Assembly: GCA_033762115.1 (NCBI GenBank)
Contig: JANRLX010000058.1
Location: 1-61,700, forward strand
Source: Verrucomicrobiota bacterium
GTDB lineage: Bacteria; Verrucomicrobiota; Verrucomicrobiia; Limisphaerales; SXQI01
Length of the DNA stretch: 61,700 nucleotides
Direction of reading: 5' to 3'
Under the pieces are notes generated by a model. The model did no database searches and was not told the DNA's origin. It saw only the letters and a program-made list of their open reading frames with translations. Position 1 is the stretch's first letter; every line of letters begins with the position of its first letter. Shown here piece after piece: positions 9,638 to 18,861 of this stretch. The translations under genes and the position numbers were made by a program.

Positions 9638-10072
9638 ATGCGGAGCAGTTGCAGGTTTGCGATGGCGGTGCATGTGCTGGCGGTCCTTGCCTATCAGGAG
9701 GGGGACCGGGTGACTTCGCATGACCTGGCGGGGAGTGTGAACACGAATCCTGTGATTGTGCGGCGGTTGCTGCTTTCGTTGCAACGGGCGGGTTTGGTGG
9801 AAACGACGAAGGGGGCGGGTTCACGGTTGAGTCGTTCACCGAAAAGGATCAATTTAGCCGAGATTTACCGGGCTGTGGAGGAGGAGGAGGCGTTTGTGCT
9901 GCCGCCGAACCGGCCAAATGAGGAGTGCCCGGTGGGGCAATGGGTGCAGGAGAGTCTTCAGGAGGCGTTTGCGGCGGCGGAGAGTGCATTGGAGGGGGAA
10001 CTGGCGAAAACTTCGCTGGGGTCGATTGTGGATGTGATCCGGAGCAAGTGCAGGAAGGGGCTGGAGGTTTAA
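9638..10072 (+). CDS. Rrf2 family transcriptional regulator (YwnA/HypR/SifR-like)
   Basis: RFAMAVHVL, TSHDLAGSVNTNPVIVRR, INLAEIYRAVE, CPVG. Confidence 0.9.
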   Translation: MRSSCRFAMAVHVLAVLAYQEGDRVTSHDLAGSVNTNPVIVRRLLLSLQRAGLVETTKGAGSRLSRSPKRINLAEIYRAVEEEEAFVLPPNRPNEECPVGQWVQESLQEAFAAAESALEGELAKTSLGSIVDVIRSKCRKGLEV

Positions 10073-10079
10073 TTTTTGG

Positions 10080-10100
10080 TTGTAACAATAAATATTACAA
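10080..10100. promoter_or_regulatory. palindromic operator (putative Rrf2 site 2)
   Basis: TTGTAAC-AATAAAT-ATTACAA just before the DUF5069 ATG. Confidence 0.7.
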
Positions 10101-10104
10101 ACTT

Positions 10105-10578
10105 ATGGATAAAACGTTGTCTTCCACGGGTGCGGGTTTTGCGCCGGACCTGACTCAGCGGCCACCGCGAAGCGCACGGGTACGGCTGGGCGGGTATGTC
10201 ATCCTTCCCCGTATGCTGGACAAGGGCCGTGCCACGATTGCGGGAAAGAACGGGGCGTATCATTACAATTGTCCGGTTGACCAGCGGTTTTTGTCATTCG
10301 TGGGGATTGACGCGGCGGGTTTGCGGGAGCAGTTGGAGAGAGGGAAGGGGGATGGGGAGATCCTGGAATGGATTGAAGCGAATGCGACGAGGCGGCGGGA
10401 GGCGTGGGAGATCCTGGCGTGGTCAGCGCAGCAGGAGCAGCGGAGCCCGGCGGGGCATGAGAGTATTGAGTATTTTAACAATCTGCTGAGTGAGGCAAGC
10501 CGGACGCGAGAGGATATTTCGACGTGGTTTGACTTGCTGGATCTGGATGATTTCGTCACGTTTGGCGGGAAAGCGTAA
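10105..10578 (+). CDS. DUF5069-family protein
   Basis: DLTQRPPRSARVRLGGYVILPRMLDKGRA, YHYNCPVD, TWFDLLDLDD. Confidence 0.8.
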   Translation: MDKTLSSTGAGFAPDLTQRPPRSARVRLGGYVILPRMLDKGRATIAGKNGAYHYNCPVDQRFLSFVGIDAAGLREQLERGKGDGEILEWIEANATRRREAWEILAWSAQQEQRSPAGHESIEYFNNLLSEASRTREDISTWFDLLDLDDFVTFGGKA

Positions 10579-10611
10579 GGGGATGTCCGCTCCTTAGGAG
10601 GAACGATTTAA

Positions 10612-12003
10612 ATGTCTGCGGAAATAATGGATGTGGCCGGGGCGGTGGCGCCTGGAAGTGTGGAGCTTTCGTCGGCAGGGGGGGAGCATCGCGCGTTGCG
10701 TGAGGATGAGTACTGGCGGGGGATACCGGGTTTCAGGCAGGTGAGCGCGGCGGAGTTTCACACGCATACGTTCCAGGCGCAGCATACGGTGACGAATGTG
10801 CGGCAGTTGCGGGAGGCGCTGGATGGGAGTGTGGGGGACCATTTTTATTCGGATGTGGTGGAGGGGTTGAAGCGGGCGCCGATGGCATTGCGAATTTCGC
10901 CGTATCTGCTGAGCCTGGTGAATTGGAGTGATCCGTATCATGACCCGATCCGGACGCAGTTTCTTCCGGTGGCTTCACAGCAGGAGAGGAACCATCCGGA
11001 GGTGCGGCTGGATTCTTTGCATGAGAGGAAGGATTCGCCGGTGCCGGGGTTGACGCATCGTTACCGAGACAAGGCGTTGTTTTTGCCGCTGGATTCGTGC
11101 CCTGTGTATTGCCGTTTTTGCACGAGGAGTTATGCAATCGGCGGGGACACGGAGACGGTGGAGAAGGTGAAGTTGTCGGCGCGGACGCAGCGGTGGGAGG
11201 ATGCGTTTGCGTATATCGCATCACGGCCTGAGCTTGAGGATATCGTGATCAGCGGAGGGGACACTTATAATTTAAAGGGGGACCATATCCGGATGATCGG
11301 GGAGCGGCTCCTGAAGATGGAGAATGTGAGGAGGATCCGGTTTGCGACGAAGGGTTTGTGCGTGATGCCGCAAAAAATCCTGACGGATGAGCCGTGGGTG
11401 GATGCGCTGACCTCGGTGGTGGAGCTGGGACGGCGGTTGCACAAGGATGTGATGGTGCATACGCATTTCAATCACCCGGGGGAGATCACGTCGATCACAC
11501 GGGCGGCGATGAACCGGCTGGTGGAGCGTGGGATCCTGGTGCGAAGCCAGACGGTGTTGCAACGGGGGGTGAACAACAGGCCTGAGGTGATGCAGCTGCT
11601 GGTGCGGCGGTTGAGTTATGTAAACGTGCATCCGTATTATGTGTATTTTCATGATATGGTGCCGGGGGTGGAGGATTTGCGGACGACGCTGGCTGAGGGG
11701 CTGGAGATTGAGCGGCATGTGCGCGGTTACACCGCAGGTTTTAATACGCCGGTGTTTGTGGTGGATACGATGGGGGGCGGGGGGAAACGGGATGCGCATT
11801 CGTATGAGCATTACAACGTGGAGACTGGGATTGCGGTTTATTCCAGCCCAAGTGTGAAGCCGGGGATGTTCTTTTATTATTTTGATCCGCTGCGCGGTTT
11901 GTCGAGTGAGGTGAAGGGGCGGTGGGAGGACCCTGCGGAGCGTGAGCGGATGCTGGCGGACGCGCTGGAATGGGCGCGGGAAAAGAAAAACGCCTCCCGG
12001 TAA
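10612..12003 (+). CDS. KamA-family radical SAM/PLP aminomutase (lysine 2,3-aminomutase-like)
   Basis: PGLTHRY, CPVYCRFCTR, SGGD, HFNHP, QTVLQRGVN, PYY, GGGGK (PLP Lys); SD AGGAGG upstream. Confidence 0.9.
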   Translation: MSAEIMDVAGAVAPGSVELSSAGGEHRALREDEYWRGIPGFRQVSAAEFHTHTFQAQHTVTNVRQLREALDGSVGDHFYSDVVEGLKRAPMALRISPYLLSLVNWSDPYHDPIRTQFLPVASQQERNHPEVRLDSLHERKDSPVPGLTHRYRDKALFLPLDSCPVYCRFCTRSYAIGGDTETVEKVKLSARTQRWEDAFAYIASRPELEDIVISGGDTYNLKGDHIRMIGERLLKMENVRRIRFATKGLCVMPQKILTDEPWVDALTSVVELGRRLHKDVMVHTHFNHPGEITSITRAAMNRLVERGILVRSQTVLQRGVNNRPEVMQLLVRRLSYVNVHPYYVYFHDMVPGVEDLRTTLAEGLEIERHVRGYTAGFNTPVFVVDTMGGGGKRDAHSYEHYNVETGIAVYSSPSVKPGMFFYYFDPLRGLSSEVKGRWEDPAERERMLADALEWAREKKNASR

Positions 12004-12016
12004 GCGGAAGGCGTTT
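11981..12016 (-). terminator. intrinsic terminator between convergent kamA-like and DUF1080 genes
   Basis: AAACGCCTCCCG-GTAAG-CGGAAGGCGTTT stem with A-tract on the left (U-tract on minus strand). Confidence 0.6.
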
Positions 12017-12033
12017 GGAGGAGAAAGCAGGGA

Positions 12034-12843
12034 TCAGGGTTTGTCGTATTCGCCGATCTGACGGAGCCAGATGTTCCTGAAGCGTGTTGGATTGTTGTGG
12101 TCCTGGAGTTCGATGAATACTTCAGGGGCGTGCGGCCTGTCATAGTTGCCGTTGGCGCGGTGCGGGGTATTGCCGGTGTATTCTTTGCGGTGGTGGAGAA
12201 TGACGCCGTTATGAATGACGGTGACAGCGGCTTTTTTCATGATTTTTCCATCCTTGTCCCAGCGTGGTGACTCGAAAATGATGTCGTAACTTTGCCATTG
12301 GCCGGGAGGTTTGCTGGCATTGGCGAGCGGGGGGGACTGGCCGTAAAGCGCGCCTGCCTGGCCATCGGGATAGGTGGGGTTGTTATAGGAATCGAGCACC
12401 TGAACTTCGTAAATGCCGTTGAAGAGGATGCCGCTGTTACCGCGACCCTGGCTGCTGCCATCGACGACGGAAGGGGTGGCGAATTCAAGGTGGAGCTGGA
12501 AATCAGCGAATTTATCTTTTGTGCGGATGCTGCCGCTTTTACCAACGACTTCCATGTAGCCGTTTTCGATTTTCCAGGCAGGAGCCTCGCCACCACCTTT
12601 TTGCCATTTGGAGAAATCCTTGCCGTTAAAGAGGACGACAGCATCGGAAGGAGGGGCTGCGTTGTGGCTGAAGGTTTCGCCGGGTGTGACGACTTTGGGG
12701 GCTGGCCGGTCACCGTCGTGAACGTGCCATTTGGTGCCGGGGATGAGTGGAGTGTCCTTGTAACCGATTTTGGGTTGGTCGGCCGCGCTCAGGAGAGCGG
12801 TGGAAAGAGCGGCAACGAAGGCTAGTTGTAGAACTTTTTTCAT
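12034..12843 (-). CDS. DUF1080 / 3-keto-disaccharide hydrolase family secreted protein
   Basis: Signal peptide; PPSDAVVLFNGKD, FQLHLEF, GNSGI, YEVQVLD, GQWQSYDI, LQDH, RFRNIW. Confidence 0.88.
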   Translation of the reverse strand: MKKVLQLAFVAALSTALLSAADQPKIGYKDTPLIPGTKWHVHDGDRPAPKVVTPGETFSHNAAPPSDAVVLFNGKDFSKWQKGGGEAPAWKIENGYMEVVGKSGSIRTKDKFADFQLHLEFATPSVVDGSSQGRGNSGILFNGIYEVQVLDSYNNPTYPDGQAGALYGQSPPLANASKPPGQWQSYDIIFESPRWDKDGKIMKKAAVTVIHNGVILHHRKEYTGNTPHRANGNYDRPHAPEVFIELQDHNNPTRFRNIWLRQIGEYDKP

Positions 12844-12851
12844 GGATGTTA

Positions 12852-15215
12852 TTATTTATTTCGGGCGAGCTTGTGGACAGTGGCGTAAATTTCCTGGGAG
12901 ATCATCTCAGAGCTGGCAGCATCAATGGCGTATTTGATCTTGAGCTGGTCTGAAGGTTTCATGTCCTGGATTTCGAGGAAGACAGATTTGCCATCCTTTG
13001 AGAGAACGGCTTTTGTGATCTCGAGTTTGTCATGTTTTCTCTGGGTGGGGTCCGAGACAGAAAATTCCGGGGAGCCGTAGCCGCCGGAGTATTTGTAATT
13101 CCAGCGCTCGGCGCTGTAGTTGGCGGCGTCGGCGGCGCTGGCAGCATCCAATTTGGAGGTGAAGGTGAGTTGAATGCCGGTTTCGGTGGCTTTAAAGGCG
13201 GAAGGCATGTGAACAGGTTTGTCAGTGTGGCGCACGCGATAAAAGCCGCCGTCGCGGGTGGCGCTGCTCTGCCAGCCTTTGAGGCCGCAAAGGTAAAGCT
13301 GACCATCCTTCGGATTGAAACGGGCGCGCATGACGCCGCTGTTGAATTTAAAGGGGAATTGGATCATGGCGGCATTCCTGACGCCGTCCACTTCATCGAT
13401 CATGACTTCGAAGAGGGTGCATTTGCCGTAGCTCATGAAGAGCAACTGACCATTGAAGGGGCCCCACTTTTTGCTGGTGACCCAGACCTGGCCGCCGCTG
13501 GAGTTGTCCATGTTCATGGGGAGCCAGCAGAGGGGCTGATCGTAATTTTCCGGCATGGGAGAGTTGTTATCCCAGCCTTTGAATTTATGCTCGGCGCGTT
13601 GTTTGGGGTCGCTGGGGTTGGCAGTGAACGTGTTGCCGTTGAGGGTGAGTTTGAGATCGCGCTGGGCGGTGGGAAGCATTCCGTAGAAGCCATTTTTTTC
13701 GACCCAGTTCAATTTGCTGGAGGGCATCCAGTGGCCCTGATTGTCGCTGACGGTAATCTGGTTATCAGGGCCAACGGTCATGCCGTTAGGTGCTCGAAGG
13801 CCACTGGCGATGACTTCCATTTTTGAGCCGTCTTTTGAAACCTTGATCATGCAACCCTGGTGGGGTGAGGTGACTTCAGGTTCCCAGGGAGCGCCCTTGG
13901 CAAAGTAGAAGTTGCCCTGGCGGTCGGTGTGGAGATCGAGGCAGTACTCGTGGTAGTTGGAGGTGACGACGGTATCGTTGTTAAAGTTTTCGAAGAAGTC
14001 GGCTTCATCATCCTTGTTGAGGTCGTGGAGGCGGGTGATCTGGTCTCGACCGAGGACGTAGATGGTGTTGTTGACGACCTTGAGGCCAAGTGGCTGGAAA
14101 AGGCCGGTGGCGAACCGTTTCCATTTGAGCTGGTCGAGGTCGGCATCGATGCCGTCGACGAGCCAGACATCACCGTGGAAGGTGCAGATGGCGGCGCGGC
14201 CATCGTTGAGGAAATCAAAACCGCCGAAAAAGGTGCGGGCGTTGTAAGGGTTTTGGACTGGTTCGGTGATGGTATCGACGAGGTAGGCTTCATCGCCGGA
14301 ACCGAGGGTGCCTTTGGTGGTGACGGTTTCAGTCCAGCGGGCAGGGCCGCCTTTGGTAAATTGCGCGAGGTCCTCAGGGGCTGTGGCCGACTGGACGGCA
14401 GTAGCGAATTGTTTGGCATTTTCCTCGCTGGCAACGCTGGCGATGAGGATTTTGACGAGGAAAGGTTTTGCATGAGCGGGAATTTCGAGGCGGAGGTCGT
14501 CAGCGCCACGAGTGAAGCGGGATCCGGAGGTGTTGGCGACAAAGCCAACGGCAACTTTTTGCTGGTTCCCGGCGATGATGAACGCGCGTTTGTCGTCGGG
14601 CTTTTGCAAGGAGGCGCTGCCGAGGTCCGGCGCGGCATCGAGATTGCAAATGGCAAGAGTCATGGGTGACCTGGAAGGAGCGATGGTGAGGGTGCGCTCG
14701 AAGATTCCATTTTGATAGCCGGGAGATTCGAGGACTTCAGTGGACCCGACGGTGTATTTGAAAGTGACGCGGTCACCGGATTGGTAGAGGCCTTTGTAAT
14801 GCGCCCAGTCTTTGGGTAGGGGACCCTGGTTGCGCTCACGTGGGTCAGCGAGGGAGTCGCCCTTTGCCCAGCCGGGGTTGGGCCTGGTGCTGAATTTCGG
14901 TTCACCCTTGACCTGGGGTGGCGGTGGCCAGGCGATTTTGTTCAAGGTATCGCCAAATTCGAGGAAGGCGCCGGTCCAACCCATGGAGACACGCATCAGG
15001 TCGGTATCGTAGCAGATGTAGGCGTTTTTTTCCGAACCGACGGTGACAACGATTCCTTTCATGGCAATGGCTTCGTTGGATTTGGGGGCACGAACGGTGC
15101 CGGAGAAGAAGGGTCCACGAACGGGACCGTCACTGGTGCCTGATTGGGAGTGGACTGGCTGGACAAGGAGGGCGGTGACGATGCAAAGGGCCACCTTCAA
15201 TAAAGATTCTCTCAT
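12852..15215 (-). CDS. secreted PVC-type beta-propeller protein (DUF6797-like)
   Basis: Signal peptide; YDTDLMR, GPLP-WAHYKGLY, WKRFATGLFQPLGL, SGLRAPNG, DNQGHW, RFNPKDGQLY, YGSPEF. Confidence 0.75.
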   Translation of the reverse strand: MRESLLKVALCIVTALLVQPVHSQSGTSDGPVRGPFFSGTVRAPKSNEAIAMKGIVVTVGSEKNAYICYDTDLMRVSMGWTGAFLEFGDTLNKIAWPPPPQVKGEPKFSTRPNPGWAKGDSLADPRERNQGPLPKDWAHYKGLYQSGDRVTFKYTVGSTEVLESPGYQNGIFERTLTIAPSRSPMTLAICNLDAAPDLGSASLQKPDDKRAFIIAGNQQKVAVGFVANTSGSRFTRGADDLRLEIPAHAKPFLVKILIASVASEENAKQFATAVQSATAPEDLAQFTKGGPARWTETVTTKGTLGSGDEAYLVDTITEPVQNPYNARTFFGGFDFLNDGRAAICTFHGDVWLVDGIDADLDQLKWKRFATGLFQPLGLKVVNNTIYVLGRDQITRLHDLNKDDEADFFENFNNDTVVTSNYHEYCLDLHTDRQGNFYFAKGAPWEPEVTSPHQGCMIKVSKDGSKMEVIASGLRAPNGMTVGPDNQITVSDNQGHWMPSSKLNWVEKNGFYGMLPTAQRDLKLTLNGNTFTANPSDPKQRAEHKFKGWDNNSPMPENYDQPLCWLPMNMDNSSGGQVWVTSKKWGPFNGQLLFMSYGKCTLFEVMIDEVDGVRNAAMIQFPFKFNSGVMRARFNPKDGQLYLCGLKGWQSSATRDGGFYRVRHTDKPVHMPSAFKATETGIQLTFTSKLDAASAADAANYSAERWNYKYSGGYGSPEFSVSDPTQRKHDKLEITKAVLSKDGKSVFLEIQDMKPSDQLKIKYAIDAASSEMISQEIYATVHKLARNK

Positions 15216-15368
15216 AATGAAAAAAATGTCCTGAGCATGGCTGCAGGAATTGGAAGATATTTGCCTGTTCTCTATTCAGCGCAAGCTCAGAGTGAGCGGT
15301 TTTGAAAATGGAGAGGAAAAAAGAAAAGAATAAAATTTTGAACGGTGCGTCCAAGAGGTTTGCGGATA

Positions 15369-17684
15369 ATGATACGATTATTGGTCCATATGATGGCGCT
15401 ACTGCTTCTCCTCGAGAGTGGGGAGGCGGATGCGGCTTTGTTCGGGAAGAAAGCGAAACGGATTTCGTATGAGAAGGAGATCAAGCCGCTGCTGGTGAAG
15501 TATTGCTACGATTGCCACGGGAATGGGAAGAAGAAGGGGGGGCTTTCACTGGATAAATTCACTGATCTGGCCTCGATCGCGCAGGACAGGAAAAGTTGGG
15601 AACATATTTTGAAGAATGTCAAAGGGGGGGAGATGCCGCCGGATGATGAGGAGCAGCCGACGCAATCGGAGAGAGACCAGATCATTGCGTGGATTGATAC
15701 GGAAGTGTTCCAGGCAGATTGTGACAACCCTGATCCGGGGCGGGTGACGATCCGACGATTAAATCGTGCAGAGTATAACAATACCATCAGAGACCTGGTG
15801 GGGGTGGAGTTCAATCCAGCGGACGATTTTCCTGTGGATGATGTGGGGTATGGGTTCGATAACATCGGGGATGTATTGTCACTGCCGCCGGTATTGCTGG
15901 AGAAATATTATGCGGCGGCTGAGAAGATCCTGGATGAAGCGATTGTGACGACAGGGCAGCCTTTGAAAGGGCCGAAGCAGCGGATCGAAGCGGAGACGTT
16001 GAAGACCACAGCGGATGGGAGTTTTCCTTATTCGGGGAAGGCGTTTGCGTTGAACAAGGAGGGGGAGATTTACCATACGATCAAGATTGAAAAGGGAGGG
16101 GAATATTTCCTTGTGGCACGGGCATTTGGGCAGCAGGCGGGGAAAGAGCCACCCAAACTGGAGTTCCGGGTGGATTCAAACAAGGTGGGGGTGGTGGAGG
16201 TGCGAGCGACGGAGCCGCACCCGAAAGAGTATTCGGTGAAGCTTCATCTTGAGCCGGGGGAGAAGCGGCTGGCTGCGGCCTATATCAATAATTTTGTGAA
16301 CCGGTCAGAGGACCGGAACCTGATTATTGATTACCTGGAGGTGGTGGGGCCGTTATCGGTGGAGCCGTATCCAGAGACGCATCGCCGGATTTTCGAGCTT
16401 CCACAGCCGATGAAATCGGAAACCGCGCAGGCAGAGGCGATCCTTGAGCGATTTGCGAAACGGGCGTTCCGGAGACCGGTGCAGCCGGAAGAGGTGAAGC
16501 GATTGATGCACTTGTATGAAGTGGCGCGGGAGGAAAAAGTCTCTTTTGAAGAGGGGATCAAAGTGGCGTTGAGCGCGATATTGATTTCACCACATTTTCT
16601 GTTTCGTGGTGAATTGCAGCCGGAACCGGACAACCCGGCATCGGTGCATTTGATCAATGAGCATGCGCTGGCCTCGCGACTTTCCTATTTTCTCTGGAGC
16701 ACGATGCCGGATGAGGAATTGACAAGGCTGGCTGACAGGAAGCAGTTGAGGAAAAACCTTGAACGGCAGGTGCAACGGATGTTGAAGGACCCACGCTCAC
16801 GGCGGTTGGTGGATAATTTTGCGAGCCAATGGTTGCAGATCCGGAACCTGATGAACATTGCCCCGGACAAGGAAACGTTCCCGGGTTTTGATGATTCATT
16901 GCGTGAGGCGATGCGGAAGGAGACGGAGTTGTATTTTGATTATGTGATGCGGGAGAACCGAAGCGTGCTGGAGTTCCTGGATTCAGATTACACGTTCGTG
17001 AATGAACGGCTGGCGAAGCATTACGGGATCAAGGAAGTGCATGGGGAGGAGTTTCGCAAGGTGACGTTCCAAAAGAGGGAGCGGGGGGGCTTGTTGACGC
17101 AGGCGAGCATCCTGACGATTACTTCAAATCCAACAAGGACTTCACCGGTGAAACGTGGGAAATGGGTTTTGGAAAATGTGCTGGGTTCTCCACCGCCGCC
17201 GCCGCCGCCGGATGTGCCGGAATTAAGTGAAGAAAAGGAAACGGTATTGTCGGGATCGTTGCGGCAACGAATGGAGCAACATCGGGAAAAGACATTGTGC
17301 TCATCGTGTCATTCGAGGATGGACCCGATTGGGTTCGGGTTCGAGAATTTTGACGGGATCGGGGCGTGGCGTGAGCAGGATGGAAAATTTCCGATTGAAC
17401 CGGGAGGACAGCTGGTGAGCGGGGAATCGTTCCAAAGCGCAGCGGAGTTGAAACAAATTTTAGTGTCGAAGAAAAGGGAGGAGTTCCTGCGTTGCCTGAC
17501 GGAAAAGATGGTGACGTATGCGCTGGGGCGGGGAATTGAGTATTACGATAAATGCGCGACAGAAGAGGTGCTGGGGCGGTTGGCGAAGAAGGAGTATCGT
17601 TTTTCGGAACTGGTGCTGGCGATTGTTGAAAGCACCCCGTTCCAGAAGCGGCGTGGGGAAGGGGAGCGGCTCGCGGCGAAATAG
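15369..17684 (+). CDS. DUF1592 domain protein (planctomycete cytochrome c plus DUF1587/1595/1592/1588/1585 domains)
   Basis: CYDCH and CSSCH heme motifs, RRLNRAEYNNTIRDL, GYGFDN, LASRLSYFLWSTMPD, TSPVKRGKWV, YALGR. Confidence 0.9.
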   Translation: MIRLLVHMMALLLLLESGEADAALFGKKAKRISYEKEIKPLLVKYCYDCHGNGKKKGGLSLDKFTDLASIAQDRKSWEHILKNVKGGEMPPDDEEQPTQSERDQIIAWIDTEVFQADCDNPDPGRVTIRRLNRAEYNNTIRDLVGVEFNPADDFPVDDVGYGFDNIGDVLSLPPVLLEKYYAAAEKILDEAIVTTGQPLKGPKQRIEAETLKTTADGSFPYSGKAFALNKEGEIYHTIKIEKGGEYFLVARAFGQQAGKEPPKLEFRVDSNKVGVVEVRATEPHPKEYSVKLHLEPGEKRLAAAYINNFVNRSEDRNLIIDYLEVVGPLSVEPYPETHRRIFELPQPMKSETAQAEAILERFAKRAFRRPVQPEEVKRLMHLYEVAREEKVSFEEGIKVALSAILISPHFLFRGELQPEPDNPASVHLINEHALASRLSYFLWSTMPDEELTRLADRKQLRKNLERQVQRMLKDPRSRRLVDNFASQWLQIRNLMNIAPDKETFPGFDDSLREAMRKETELYFDYVMRENRSVLEFLDSDYTFVNERLAKHYGIKEVHGEEFRKVTFQKRERGGLLTQASILTITSNPTRTSPVKRGKWVLENVLGSPPPPPPPDVPELSEEKETVLSGSLRQRMEQHREKTLCSSCHSRMDPIGFGFENFDGIGAWREQDGKFPIEPGGQLVSGESFQSAAELKQILVSKKREEFLRCLTEKMVTYALGRGIEYYDKCATEEVLGRLAKKEYRFSELVLAIVESTPFQKRRGEGERLAAK

Positions 17685-17692
17685 GAGCCCGC

Positions 17693-18709
17693 TCAGGCGG
17701 CAGCGCGTTCTGAGGTTGCCTGGCGACGGTAGTAATCGGCGAGACCGATTTTGGAAGGTTTGAGATTTTCGAGATCGATGGCCTCGAGAATCCGCTCTTC
17801 AGTCATGATGAAGCGTTCCCTTTTGTAGAGCAGGTAATCTTCACGAACGTCAGAGGGGGTGAGGTTGATGGTGACGAGATTGGCACCGGTGCGTAATCCC
17901 CGACGATAACCCTGGATGGGATCGGCGAGGTTCAGGGCGGAAACGGCGGGGATGATCCAGTCCGGGCGCATGATTCGCAGGGCGGCCATGCAGTTCAGAG
18001 GAAGGTCAATGCCTGACGCTGTTTCATGGGCGAGGGGTGTTTCCTCGCCGGGGACAAAAGGGCTGACCGAGCAGCCTGCCAAAGGTAATTCGGCGGCGAG
18101 TTGAAAATTGGCAAGGAGTTCACGTTCTCCCTGTCCGGGCAACCCGGCGATGAAACCGGAGCTGACCTTCCAGCCTGAGTCGCCGAGCATCCGGATATGT
18201 TCGGTGCGTTGGGAAAGGGAGCCGGGTGATTGCATTTTAAGGAAATGGGAGGGATCGCCGGTTTCAAATTTGAGGATGTAAATGGAGGCGCCCGCACGTT
18301 GCAGTTCCTGATAAACGGAAGCGTTCAGGCTGCCGAGGCAGACGCTGATGCCGAGGGAGGATTCCCGTTTCAAGGTGCGAATGAGAGGGAGGACAATTTC
18401 ACGGACGGCGATGGGGTCCTCACCCGCCTGGATGTTGACATCGGTCATGCTGGCGGGGCGATGATGGAGCAGCAATTCAGCGATTTGATCATGCTGGCTG
18501 CGGAAGCGCTCGAGGTCCCTGTTTTCGCGACGCATCCCGCAATAAGAGCAGTTTTGACGACAGAAATTGGAGACTTCGACGACGCCGCGGATAAAGACAG
18601 AGTGACCAAAGAAATGACGCGCAACGGTGGAAGCGCGTTCATGGAACTCCCGCTGTTGCGTCCCCGCAGAGTAGAGCTGCCGGAGAGAAGGGATGGAGGG
18701 AGTGATCAT
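17693..18709 (-). CDS. radical SAM protein, BioB/HydE/PylB-like
   Basis: FIRGVVEVSNFCRQNCSYCGMRREN, IQAGED, YILKFET, GLPGQ, SPFVP-TPL, GANL, YLLY; start at MITPSIP uncertain. Confidence 0.8.
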   Translation of the reverse strand: MITPSIPSLRQLYSAGTQQREFHERASTVARHFFGHSVFIRGVVEVSNFCRQNCSYCGMRRENRDLERFRSQHDQIAELLLHHRPASMTDVNIQAGEDPIAVREIVLPLIRTLKRESSLGISVCLGSLNASVYQELQRAGASIYILKFETGDPSHFLKMQSPGSLSQRTEHIRMLGDSGWKVSSGFIAGLPGQGERELLANFQLAAELPLAGCSVSPFVPGEETPLAHETASGIDLPLNCMAALRIMRPDWIIPAVSALNLADPIQGYRRGLRTGANLVTINLTPSDVREDYLLYKRERFIMTEERILEAIDLENLKPSKIGLADYYRRQATSERAAA

Positions 18710-18861
18710 CGGCTTGGGATCAACCGCTCCCCTGATCCCGGTGTCACAATGAAACAAAACATGTCGTTCCTGTTCTCTCTCAAAAAGGACCGAGCATGTC
18801 AACCGCACTTCGGTTCATTAAAATGAGCTGGAAGGGAGGTTTTCGGAGAGGAGTGAGCTGG

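Noticed and set aside
17190..17212. (CCG)n run as a repeat element
   Set aside because: Encodes the conserved poly-proline stretch of the DUF1592-type protein
17693..18709. Pyrrolysine biosynthesis (pylB) or biotin synthase (bioB) assignment
   Set aside because: No pylC/D/S, tRNA-Pyl or bio operon in the window; motifs do not discriminate
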